IMG/VR virus record: IMGVR_UViG_3300048606_000016
Location: 1-32,117 of that record
Direction: 5' to 3' (one strand)
DNA from: a virus
Lineage: Duplodnaviria; Caudoviricetes
Length of the DNA: 32,117 nt
Shown: positions 1-8,081 of the stretch, piece by piece
Layout of the letters: the number at the start of each line of letters is the position of its first letter
Numbering within the stretch: the first letter of the stretch is position 1
Position numbers and translations under genes: made by a program
Notes under the pieces: generated by a model
What the model saw: the letters and a program-made list of their open reading frames with translations, nothing else
The model's database searches: none
What the model was told of the DNA's origin: nothing

Positions 1-189
1 CGTGCGGACCTGCAGCCGAGTTGTCTCCGACGGCAGACGGTCACCGTCATCATCCTTCGGCCGGTAGCTGCGCGAGATACCTGACAGCTTCGCCTGGTTC
101 TGCAGCAGGTGGTGCGCATCGGTCAGGGCACGGTAGCTGCGTGCCTTGGTGCCCTTCTCGATGGCCAGGATCTGATGTAGCTCAGTCAT
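1..189 (-). CDS. Conserved hypothetical protein, 5' part only (runs off the window); MTELHQILAIEKGTKARSYRALTDAHHLLQNQAKLSGISRSYRPKDDDGDRLPSETTRLQVRT...
   Basis: Not in the ORF track; translated by hand. ATG at 189-187 with GAGGA RBS at 199-195, open to base 1. Resembles, from memory, a widespread uncharacterised family starting M.KL.QI.A.EKG.K. Confidence 0.8.
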   Translation of the reverse strand, partial: MTELHQILAIEKGTKARSYRALTDAHHLLQNQAKLSGISRSYRPKDDDGDRLPSETTRLQVRT

Positions 190-214
190 GTTGTTCCTCA
201 GATTGGAGTTGAAA

Positions 215-306
215 GTAGCGGGGGCCAGTCGTTTGCGCTTGATGGGCTCCACCAATAGACGAGCCCCCGCTACACAAAGGGAAACCGACAAGTCGCCCCT
301 TTGTGT
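215..306 (-). ncRNA. Two abutting stem-loops between tRNA-Lys and the CDS
   Basis: GTAGCGGGGGC (about 215-225) / GCCCCCGCTAC (about 263-273), with an inner TTGGTGG/CCATCAA stem on the minus strand; ACACAAAGGG (272-281) / CCCTTTGTGT (297-306). Confidence 0.45.
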
Positions 307-378
307 GGATCCAGCAGGACTTGAACCTGCGACCGTTGGCTTAAGAGGCCACTGCTCTACCAGCTGAGCTACGGATCC
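306..378 (-). tRNA. tRNA-Lys (anticodon CTT)
   Basis: Cloverleaf GGATCCG TA GCTC AGCTGGTA GAGC A GTGGC CTCTTAA GCCAA CGGTC GCAGG TTCAAGT CCTGC TGGATCC A; G27.A43 mismatch; CCA not encoded. Confidence 0.95.
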
Positions 379-467
379 GGGTGGAGGTGCTTTCTGACAA
401 CCAGGGTTTTCGCTCCTCCTGACCTGGCCGTCCCGGTGACATGCCACCGGTCGGTGTTGCTTTGTCG

Positions 468-541
468 TAGATCCAGCAGGACTTGAACCTGCGACCGGTG
501 GTATATAAGACCACTGCTCTCACCAGCTGAGCTATGGATCC
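468..541 (-). tRNA. tRNA-Ile (anticodon TAT)
   Basis: Cloverleaf GGATCCA TA GCTC AGCTGGTGA GAGC A GTGGT CTTATAT ACCAC CGGTC GCAGG TTCAAGT CCTGC TGGATCT A; CCA not encoded. Confidence 0.9.
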
Positions 542-546
542 GTGCG

Positions 547-651
547 CACGGAGACAGGTTAGCTAGAGGAAGAGGACTCCCTCGCCGGCTACATCATCGA
601 ATGGGTCGCACGACCTGCAGATTTTGTTTATTTGGCATCTCTGTCTCCGTG
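547..651 (-). ncRNA. Candidate structured ncRNA of about 105 nt directly 5' of tRNA-Ile
   Basis: Perfect 11-bp closing stem CACGGAGACAG (547-557) / CTGTCTCCGTG (641-651) enclosing an A-rich linker, a CTGCA/TGTAG junction with a GGTC-GTGC-GACC hairpin, and a GAGGGAG-TCCT-CTTCCTC hairpin. Strand inferred from inner G-U pairs and the tRNA orientation. Confidence 0.5.
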
Positions 652-718
652 TGACTCAACACTAACCTCCCCACCCCTGGGGTGCAACCAGATTCTGTTC
701 ACTGACAGCGAAAGCGCC

Positions 719-724
719 TAATGT
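719..724 (+). promoter_or_regulatory. Possible -10 element (TAATGT) of a leaderless transcript starting at ATG 731
   Basis: TANNNT ending 6 nt before the ATG, no RBS; no convincing -35. Confidence 0.3.
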
Positions 725-730
725 GGACAC

Positions 731-934
731 ATGCCACGGATCACCGCGCAAGGGTTGAAGCGGTTCAACCTCATCATGACTGTCGTGTGGGTCCTGCTGG
801 CCATCCCCACGGTCACCTCGTGGCGGGACTCCCTGCTCTGGATCGCGTTCATGTCCGTGTGGAACAACGTGTTCACCCACTTCAGCGCCTGGGTCAGCAG
901 CCGGGCCGAGGTCGCGTCCAACGGGGAGAAGTAG
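731..934 (+). CDS. Small membrane protein (67 aa, about 2 hydrophobic helices)
   Basis: Hydrophobic segments FNLIMTVVWVLLAIPTV and LLWIAFMSVW; stop directly abuts the terminase ATG. Confidence 0.7.
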   Translation: MPRITAQGLKRFNLIMTVVWVLLAIPTVTSWRDSLLWIAFMSVWNNVFTHFSAWVSSRAEVASNGEK

Positions 935-2371
935 ATGGGACTATCCCTGGCGCAGCGGGTAGCGAAACTGCCCGCGTTCGAGCGGGACACCTGGATCCAC
1001 TCACTCCCCCTCAAAATGCTGGAGGAGATCAACCGGGGTGAGTGGTGGTGGACAGCCCGCCCAGAGCAGGTCCCACCACCAGGGAACTGGCTCGTTGCAC
1101 TGGCACTGGCTGGGCGTGGATGGGGGAAGTCCAGAGCTGGGGCTGAATGGCTGGTAGAGAAAGTGCTCCAGCACCCATTCGACCGGAACGGTCAGCCAAC
1201 CGAGTGGCTCCTCATTGGCGAAACGCTCGCGGACACACGAACCATCTGTATGGAAGGACCAGCAGGACTCCTGCGCGTCCTTACCCGGCGCGGGGTTGAC
1301 TTCAGGTACAAGCAGTCCCCGAGGCCAATGGTCCTCTTCCCGGATGGGTCCCGCATCTACGCCGAAGGCGCGGACGACGAGGACGTGGGGCGCGGCTATA
1401 ACGCGGCCGGTGCGTGGGTTGACGAGATCTGCAAGTGGCCTAAGTCGTATGAGAGCTGGTATGAGGGGATCCTGCCTTCCTTGCGTACCGACCTGATTGA
1501 CGACCATCCCCGCTGCTTCGCCACCACCACACCGAAGCCGATCAAACTGCTTCAGGAGTGGGTGAAGCGCGACGACGGGACCATCCACATCATGGGTGGG
1601 TCCACGTTCGACAACGCCACCAACCTGTCCGCGCATGTGCTGCGGGAGCTGAAGGTCCGGTACGGCAACTCCGACCTGGGTCAGCAGGAGTTGTACGGGA
1701 AGCTACTGGAACTGGGGGCCGGTGGACTATTCAAACGGATGGACATAGTCAAGGGCCGAGTCACTGAGATCCCGACCGACATCGTCAGCACCATTGTTGG
1801 CGTCGACCCGAACCTGACTGGTGAAGACGACCTGTTCGGGATTGTCGTGGTTGCGCGGACCGTGAACAACGATCTCTATGTACTTGAAGATGCCAGCGTG
1901 GAGCAGAGTGGTCGCACAGCAGCCTTGGCAGCCTGGCGCGCAATGGCTAAATGGGGGGCGGACACCCTCGTGTACGAAGAGAACCTGGGTAAAAGGTATC
2001 TGGCGGAGGTACTCCAGGATGCCTATAAGGAATCGGTAGCTCTGGGTCTCTTCCCTGAACATAGCTCCCCTTCTATGTATCCTGTGCACGCGAAACATGG
2101 CAAACGGACAAGAGCTGAACCGGTAGCCATGCGCTGCGAACAGGGACGGCTACACATGGTCGGTGAATGGGACGACCTGGAAACTGAGATGACCATGTTC
2201 GATCCCGAGTCCACAAGGGAATCCCCCGACCGGATGGATGCCCTTGTTCACGGCTGCCTCCACCTGATGCGCGGAGAGCGTCGGATCATGAAGATCGCTC
2301 AGCCCTCCGCGCAGGAGTGGTCGCTGGGTCAGGAGTTCTACGACCTGTCCCAGCTCCAGCCGCAGTGGTAG
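935..2371 (+). CDS. terL: Terminase large subunit
   Basis: Q motif ARPEQ, Walker A AGRGWGKS, Walker B WVDE, coupling motif TTTP, RNase H-like nuclease VGVDP and SPDRMDA. Confidence 0.97.
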   Translation: MGLSLAQRVAKLPAFERDTWIHSLPLKMLEEINRGEWWWTARPEQVPPPGNWLVALALAGRGWGKSRAGAEWLVEKVLQHPFDRNGQPTEWLLIGETLADTRTICMEGPAGLLRVLTRRGVDFRYKQSPRPMVLFPDGSRIYAEGADDEDVGRGYNAAGAWVDEICKWPKSYESWYEGILPSLRTDLIDDHPRCFATTTPKPIKLLQEWVKRDDGTIHIMGGSTFDNATNLSAHVLRELKVRYGNSDLGQQELYGKLLELGAGGLFKRMDIVKGRVTEIPTDIVSTIVGVDPNLTGEDDLFGIVVVARTVNNDLYVLEDASVEQSGRTAALAAWRAMAKWGADTLVYEENLGKRYLAEVLQDAYKESVALGLFPEHSSPSMYPVHAKHGKRTRAEPVAMRCEQGRLHMVGEWDDLETEMTMFDPESTRESPDRMDALVHGCLHLMRGERRIMKIAQPSAQEWSLGQEFYDLSQLQPQW

Positions 2372-2665
2372 GTCGTGCGGGTAGAGCCGTGTCGGTTCGG
2401 GTGGTCGGTCTCGGAACGGTTCGGAGAGGCTTGGCTTGTCGGAGGTGACATGGTGCGGCTCGGAGTGTGGAGTCCTGATGGGTCGGTGGGGCAGGACAAG
2501 TAATGACGAGTCGGTATCGGTCCGGGTTGGCCTGATATGGATTGTCACGTCGGACAGGTCGGAGGTGTGACGGCATGCAGAGGGAAGTCGGACTTGGTAG
2601 GACGTGATATGGGTGGGCATGTCGGCGGGGAAGAGTGTCGGCAAGAGATGACGTGTCTTCGTCAC
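2372..2665. repeat. G-rich degenerate pentamer-periodic tract punctuated by GTCGG
   Basis: About ten GTCGG copies, G recurring every 5 nt (e.g. cggaa cggtt cggag aggct tggct), strong strand skew, no credible ORF. Confidence 0.7.
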
Positions 2666-2750
2666 CCTACCCCTCCCCATGTAATGTCCAAAATGTTAAA
2701 GCCGCGCGGTATCTACCCCTTGTGGTCTTGGTCCCGTTAGAGTAGTAAAC

Positions 2751-3041
2751 GTGCTGGTACTCGTCCTCTTCGCGGCTTCTCTCGCAGCAGCCCGACTCGC
2801 TCGGCTCGTCGCCGATGACGTGATCATGGCGTGGTTCCGGCGCATGATTGTCAACCGCTACGGATCCACCGGCTGGCAGACGAAACTGGTTCACTGCGCG
2901 CCCTGGTGTATGTCCATGTGGTTCTCCGTCCTGCTGCCTGTTGCCGTGTTCTGGCACAACCAGTGGGTACTCGCAGCTTTCTCCATCCCTGCCGGGTCCA
3001 TGGCGGCAGCCATTTTCCTTCGCATGGCTGACAGGGAGTAG
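2751..3041 (+). CDS. DUF1360-like membrane protein (possible holin-like)
   Basis: RLARLVADD..I...R and HCAPWCMSMW motifs, three hydrophobic segments, located between terL and portal. TAGAGT at 2738-2743 suggests a leaderless start. Confidence 0.8.
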   Translation: MLVLVLFAASLAAARLARLVADDVIMAWFRRMIVNRYGSTGWQTKLVHCAPWCMSMWFSVLLPVAVFWHNQWVLAAFSIPAGSMAAAIFLRMADRE

Positions 3042-3044
3042 TAC

Positions 3045-4976
3045 ATGGGAATCCGCCGGCCCAAGGCCCCAGCTGCCGCACCGGAACCGGAACTCCACGA
3101 ATCTGAGATGACCTCGCTGATCGCCAGCGCCGCCCGCATCCGCAACATTGACGGGCAGGGATGGCGGACCTATCGCTTCGGGGATGACTCGTGGCAGCAG
3201 GAAGTGTGGCGTCTCTACGACATCATCGGTGAGCTTCGATTCGCTGCGAACTGGATCGGATCCGCCTGCAGTAGGGTCCGCATTTATGTGGCTGAAGTTG
3301 ACAAGAACGGTCGCGTCCAACAGGAGACCAAGAAGCCGAAGGTCGCCGCAATTGCGGAGAACATGTTCGGTTCCCCGGCGGCACAGTCGGAAGCGCTGCG
3401 GATGCTCGGGATCAATCTTACGGTCGCCGGTGACTGTTACATCGTGGGTCGAGGCGCTGTCCGTGACAATGAAGCTGACGAGTGGTACATCGTTAGCTGC
3501 TCAGAACTCAAGCGGTGGAACGGTAACGTTCAACAGCTCTACCCTGACGGGACTAAGGAATCCCTCGACCTTGACAAAGACATTGTCATTCGAGTGTGGA
3601 CACCCCATCCCCGGAGATCCCTCTGGGCGGATTCTCCTACCCGGGCTGCAATGCCCATGCTCTGGGAGATTGAGCGACTAACCCGGTACGTCTTCGCCCA
3701 GATCGATTCCCGACTGATCTCCGCCGGCATGGTTCCGATCCCGAAGGAAGCCAGCTTCCCGGACGATGGCAACGACGTCACCATCCCAGGCGCTGAAGGT
3801 CTTACCCAGGCGATGATGAAAGCTGGCTCCCGCTCCCTGAAGGGTGAGGGGACGGCAGCAGGTGTCGTGCCCATGTTCGTCGAGGTACCGATGGATGCCC
3901 TCGGCAAGATCGAGATGGTCACCTTCGGCTCGGACCTCAGTAAGCAGGCGCTTGACCTCCGCGCGGAGGCTATTCGCCGCTTTGCTCTCGCCATGGATAT
4001 CGCGCCAGAGATTCTCACAGGTACCGGCGATGCGAACCACTGGTCCGCCTGGCACGTCGAAGAGGCGAACATAAAGATCCACATTGAGCCTCTCATGACG
4101 CGCATCTGCGACGCGCTGACAACGGCTTACCTGACCCCCGCGTTGAAGGCGATCAAGGAAGACCCGGATCGGTTCGTCTTCTGGTTCGACACCGCACCGT
4201 TGACCGTACGCCCGGAGCGGTTGAAGGACGCCCTCAACCTGAACGAGAAGCACATCATCTCGGACGAAGCGGTCATCCTTGCTGGTGACTTCAAGCTGAG
4301 CGACAAGCCCAGCCGCGAGGAAGACCTGATGTATTTCACCCGCACCCTGATGGAGCGGGATCCCACGCTGTTCCAGATCCCAGCGGTGCGCAAGATCGCC
4401 GGGTACACAGACGACATTTTGCCCCCGAACACTGTCGTGACCCCCCAAGTACCCGGTCAGCAGGGGGCGGGTCCTCCACCGCCCCCTGCTCCACCTACCG
4501 GCATCCAGCCCACCGGGCCATCGCCCATGCCGCAGGACAGCTCCGCCCTGTCCACGCCTGGTGGTCCCACTGCACCAAACTCCTCCCAGCCACCCGGAAT
4601 CACGGCGTCCGTCTCCGTGGTGGCGGGGACGCAGGCCGTGTTCGCTGTCGCCAACATGGCAGTCCTGCGAGCGCTCGAAGTGGCTGGGAAGCGTCTGGTC
4701 GGTAACCACCACCGAACTATGCAAGATACCCCTGCCTACTCCCTGCACACCAAGGTCAAGGTGCAGGCTGGCGGCGCCTCGAAGCTACTCACCGGGGCCT
4801 GGGATCAGATGCCGGCCCTGGCTCAGTTCCTGGAGATGCCCCAGCTCGAAGATCCCGAGCTCGCCGTGACCTTGCACCGCTACTGCTCCACGCTGCTGGA
4901 AGCGGAGCGCCCCCACGAAGCCGGACTCCTTTGGGAAATGCTCTCGCGGCAGGGTTTCCTCAATGGCGAATCGTGA
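3045..4976 (+). CDS. Portal protein
   Basis: WQQEVWRLYDIIGELRFAANW, RVWTPHP...ADSP, R.EAIRRFA..MDI.PE.LTG...NHWSAW motifs typical of cluster-B-like portals; Pro-rich C-terminal extension; GGGAG RBS. Confidence 0.93.
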   Translation: MGIRRPKAPAAAPEPELHESEMTSLIASAARIRNIDGQGWRTYRFGDDSWQQEVWRLYDIIGELRFAANWIGSACSRVRIYVAEVDKNGRVQQETKKPKVAAIAENMFGSPAAQSEALRMLGINLTVAGDCYIVGRGAVRDNEADEWYIVSCSELKRWNGNVQQLYPDGTKESLDLDKDIVIRVWTPHPRRSLWADSPTRAAMPMLWEIERLTRYVFAQIDSRLISAGMVPIPKEASFPDDGNDVTIPGAEGLTQAMMKAGSRSLKGEGTAAGVVPMFVEVPMDALGKIEMVTFGSDLSKQALDLRAEAIRRFALAMDIAPEILTGTGDANHWSAWHVEEANIKIHIEPLMTRICDALTTAYLTPALKAIKEDPDRFVFWFDTAPLTVRPERLKDALNLNEKHIISDEAVILAGDFKLSDKPSREEDLMYFTRTLMERDPTLFQIPAVRKIAGYTDDILPPNTVVTPQVPGQQGAGPPPPPAPPTGIQPTGPSPMPQDSSALSTPGGPTAPNSSQPPGITASVSVVAGTQAVFAVANMAVLRALEVAGKRLVGNHHRTMQDTPAYSLHTKVKVQAGGASKLLTGAWDQMPALAQFLEMPQLEDPELAVTLHRYCSTLLEAERPHEAGLLWEMLSRQGFLNGES

Positions 4977-5685
4977 CGCGGATGAGAACAAGGTCTTCGG
5001 TGTAGTTAAGTCAGCGCTGGACCGGTTCATCAACGCTGCCCGGACCAAGGTGATGGCCCCGTTCCGAGGCTGGAAAGGAATGCCCGACCCCAGTGGCGTA
5101 TTCCAAGCCCAGTCCGAATGGAACACCGACACCATCCTGACCACGCTGGGTCAGATCGCCATGAGCGCGTGGAGCGAGGCTTCCGATGTGCCACCAGTGT
5201 CCCGTCACTCTTTCGTCGTTGCTCAGCTGGCGCAGACCCAGAACTTCCTCGTCCGCATCCCGGACGAGGTTTACAACCTTGTCTTTGGGGAGATTGTGGA
5301 TGGGGTCAATGCCGGTGGTAGTACCGACGACATTGCGCGGATGGTCGATGCAGTACTTGAAACAACAGGCTCAGAGCGGTGGGCGAACCGAGCCCGAGTC
5401 ATCGCTATTACTGAAGTCACCCGCGCGTATGGAGCTGGAACGACTGCAGCAGGTCTGGAGCAATCCAGGGTTACCGGTCGTCTCCTGCAGAAACGCTGGC
5501 GCAGTTCACACGACTCCCGGGTTCGATCGACTCACGTTGCGGTAGACGGAGTCACCATCCCGTTGTACCAACCGTTCAATGTTGGCGGCTATCCGATGTT
5601 GTTTCCCGGCGACCCTATGGGGCCAGCTGATGAAGTGGTTGGCTGTAGATGCGACTTAGTGATCGTTAACGAAGGAGGCCGGTGA
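4963..5685 (+). CDS. MuF-like head morphogenesis (minor capsid) protein
   Basis: RARVIAITE, KRW...HDSRVRSTH..VDG, PF.VGG...FPGDP..PA.EVVGCRC. Confidence 0.92.
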   Translation: MANRDADENKVFGVVKSALDRFINAARTKVMAPFRGWKGMPDPSGVFQAQSEWNTDTILTTLGQIAMSAWSEASDVPPVSRHSFVVAQLAQTQNFLVRIPDEVYNLVFGEIVDGVNAGGSTDDIARMVDAVLETTGSERWANRARVIAITEVTRAYGAGTTAAGLEQSRVTGRLLQKRWRSSHDSRVRSTHVAVDGVTIPLYQPFNVGGYPMLFPGDPMGPADEVVGCRCDLVIVNEGGR

Positions 5686-7733
5686 TGGTGGACCCCAACC
5701 CGGCCCGTGGGATGCCGGCCGCACTGCAGCGCTACTGGCTGGCAGGGAAGGGTGCCGTCAAGATCCGGTGGAACGTACCCGGTGACTTCAAGCGCTGCGT
5801 CCGCGCCATCACAAAGTACTTCCCCAAGAATCCGGAGGGGCTATGCAACATCCTCCACACCAAGGCCACTGGTGGTCCCCCTGGACATGGTTCCGCCGAG
5901 CCGCACAAGCATTCCGTGTACGCCGAGCCCGACGACGAGTTCAGTCTCACGGCCGCCTCTGGGCTTTTGCAGCAACGGGCGAACCTTGGCCCACGTCTGT
6001 GGATGGGACCCCTCGCACCGATCGGTGTCCCGACTGCGGAACCCCGTCGGATGCGCGTATTCGAGCCGGGAGCGTTCTCCCACCGGACCCTGCCCCTGCC
6101 TTTGAAATGGCGGAAGGCGGATGGTCCGGGACACGAGGGCGCCGTGACCGTTGGCCGCATCATGGGTTTGACGACTGGACCTGACCACAAGGGTGACGAG
6201 TATCTGTGGGGCTGGGGTGACTGGCTCGACGAGAACATGGTGCCTGAGTCGGCCGTGGCCCAGTACATGGTGGAGCAGGGTGTAGCTGGCGCCTCCGTCG
6301 GGCCCGGCGGGAAGGTTGTCACTTCCGTCAACCCGGCCAACGGCGGGGAGTACACCTCCCAGTACGTCATCGGTGATGCGACCCTGGTGTCCACTGCCGC
6401 GTTTGACGAGATGCGTCTGCGGTCCATGGGACATGACGATTGGGACGACGATGACGAAGACATGGCCATCACCGTCGGAGACCCCGAGGCCATCAACGGT
6501 GGTGGCGATTGCGGGTGCGGGCACAGCGCGGATCTGGGTGCGGAAGGTGAGACCTACGCGATTAACCCATCCGGCTGGGAAGGGCTCGCCTTGGCACCTC
6601 GTGATATCCCCTTTGACAACGACGACGCGGTCAAGCGGATTGCAGCCTGGGCCAACACCACGCCAGAGGGTGCTGACGTCGCTAAGCTCCACCGAGCGTT
6701 CCTCTGGCGGGATCCCCGACTCCCGGAAACGCAGACCACCTCGTACCGGATGCCGCTAGGCGATGTGCTCAATGGCGAGCTGACGATGGTATTCCACGCC
6801 ATCTATGCCGCCGCCGCCCTGATCTCTGGCGCCCATGGTGGACTCCCGTCTGTGTCCGAAGAGGACAAGAACAAGATCCGTAACGTCATCACTGACATCT
6901 ACCGAGTGATGGCGGACGAGTTCAATGACAGCAGTCTCCGCGCACCGTGGGACCGTCCCGAGAATGAAGGGCAGCAGTTCGCCATGTCCGATAGCGCTTA
7001 CCCGCTCGCTCCTCCGCGTGACTGGTTCGGTGACCCGGGCCTGACGGAGAAGACTCCACTCACCATCACTGCCGCCGGCCAGGTCTACGGACACCTCGCG
7101 GCATGGAATGAATGCCACCGCGACGTCAGCAACCGCGCCTGCGTCCTGGCCCCGAAGTCGTTCAAGGAGTACGCCCCCTTCCACCTAGGCTCCGTGATAA
7201 CAGCCGAAGGTGAAACCGTGAAGGTGGGGAAGATTGTCCAGGACACGCGCCACGCTGACGTACGTCTGGGGTACGCCGCAGCGGCGATTCACTACGACGA
7301 TACCGGTGATGAGGTGGCCGTCGTCCGTGCAGGCGAGGACGACTTCGGCATCTGGGTTGCTGGCGCCATCGTTCCTGACGCCACTTCACGCAAGGTTGCG
7401 AAGCTACGTCGTTCGCCAATCTCCGGAGACTGGCGAGGTGTGGATGGGCACCTGGAACTTACGGCTGCCCTCGCGGTTAATGTCCCTGCTTTCCCGGTGT
7501 ACGCCATGGACGGTGAAGATCAATTCAGTCTTGTCGCGGCCGGGGTCGTGTACCCAGAGGATGACGTTGCTCCGACCGGCTACGAACTTCCGAGCTTCGG
7601 CATCCAACCGGACACCCCCATCGTGGACATGGACGCATTGGCGTACGGGGTCATCCAGAAGCTGAGGGAGATGCAGGCCCAGGAAGACCGGGCCGAGCGC
7701 CTGAAGCAGATGCTGGAGGACGTCGATGACTAA
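5685..7733 (+). CDS. Multidomain capsid maturation protease
   Basis: AGGAGG RBS at 5673-5678 favours ATG 5685. N-terminal RYW..GKGA.KIRW..PGDF.RC module; protease-like domain (LPLPL.W...GHEGAV.VG.I, GASV, ATLV..AAF); helical middle module; second protease-like domain (GQVYGHLA.W, GED.FGIWVAG, SGDWR, LAVNVPAFP). Confidence 0.88.
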   Translation: MVDPNPARGMPAALQRYWLAGKGAVKIRWNVPGDFKRCVRAITKYFPKNPEGLCNILHTKATGGPPGHGSAEPHKHSVYAEPDDEFSLTAASGLLQQRANLGPRLWMGPLAPIGVPTAEPRRMRVFEPGAFSHRTLPLPLKWRKADGPGHEGAVTVGRIMGLTTGPDHKGDEYLWGWGDWLDENMVPESAVAQYMVEQGVAGASVGPGGKVVTSVNPANGGEYTSQYVIGDATLVSTAAFDEMRLRSMGHDDWDDDDEDMAITVGDPEAINGGGDCGCGHSADLGAEGETYAINPSGWEGLALAPRDIPFDNDDAVKRIAAWANTTPEGADVAKLHRAFLWRDPRLPETQTTSYRMPLGDVLNGELTMVFHAIYAAAALISGAHGGLPSVSEEDKNKIRNVITDIYRVMADEFNDSSLRAPWDRPENEGQQFAMSDSAYPLAPPRDWFGDPGLTEKTPLTITAAGQVYGHLAAWNECHRDVSNRACVLAPKSFKEYAPFHLGSVITAEGETVKVGKIVQDTRHADVRLGYAAAAIHYDDTGDEVAVVRAGEDDFGIWVAGAIVPDATSRKVAKLRRSPISGDWRGVDGHLELTAALAVNVPAFPVYAMDGEDQFSLVAAGVVYPEDDVAPTGYELPSFGIQPDTPIVDMDALAYGVIQKLREMQAQEDRAERLKQMLEDVDD

Positions 7734-8076
7734 CCCCGTACCGCAGCCAGCCGTGGCACCCGTACCAGCAGTAGCCCCGGGAGTTGCGCCCGCGCCCGGT
7801 GCCGCACCCAACGCTGCTCCTGCTCCAGCGGCGCCAGTAGACCCGGCCGCTGCTCCAGTGCCTGAGGGTGGGGACGACGCAGCGCGCGAGGAGCAAGAGC
7901 TTCTGGCTATGCAACTGAACTCCCGGTTCTCGATCGTCAAGAAGACAGGTGGCGAGGAAGCCGGGGCCAGTACTGCGGGGGACCAGGCCCCGGCTCCTCC
8001 TGCAGCGGCGCCAGCTGGACCCCCCCAGCCGGCAGCAGCACCTGCACCAGCGACCCTACCTCCGACGACTGGATAG
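7726..8076 (+). CDS. Pro/Ala-rich small head-region protein
   Basis: GGAGG RBS, start overlaps the protease stop; low-complexity arms flank a short helix AREEQELLAMQLNSRF. Confidence 0.7.
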   Translation: MTNPVPQPAVAPVPAVAPGVAPAPGAAPNAAPAPAAPVDPAAAPVPEGGDDAAREEQELLAMQLNSRFSIVKKTGGEEAGASTAGDQAPAPPAAAPAGPPQPAAAPAPATLPPTTG

Positions 8077-8081
8077 GCAAC

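Noticed and set aside
272-467. tRNA-associated HDV-like (theta) or hammerhead ribozymes in the tRNA trailers
   Set aside because: Could not build the nested pseudoknot or find the CUGANGA/GAAA core by eye; simple stems explain the sequence.
341-523. 60-aa minus ORF, and 21..212 plus ORF
   Set aside because: The first overlaps both tRNAs; the second is antisense to the better-supported CDS at 1..189.
306-541. tRNA similarity as an attL/attR duplication
   Set aside because: Both are full-length, adjacent genes with different anticodons; no integrase in the window.
731-934. Terminase small subunit call for the gene before terL
   Set aside because: The product is hydrophobic and membrane-like with no HTH; no TerS or endolysin is recognisable in the window.
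2372-2665. Possible CRISPR mini-array
   Set aside because: No constant 23-47 nt repeat with unique spacers; only 5-nt words at irregular spacing; no cas genes.
2150-2740. ORFs crossing the pentamer tract (2150..2680 -, 2286..2576 -, 2537..2740 +)
   Set aside because: Composition reflects the nucleotide repeat; they overlap terL and lack RBS or motifs.
935-7733. Inteins or introns in terL, portal, MuF or protease
   Set aside because: No C/S...HN splice motifs or LAGLIDADG blocks seen, reading frames are continuous, and extra length is explained by other modules.
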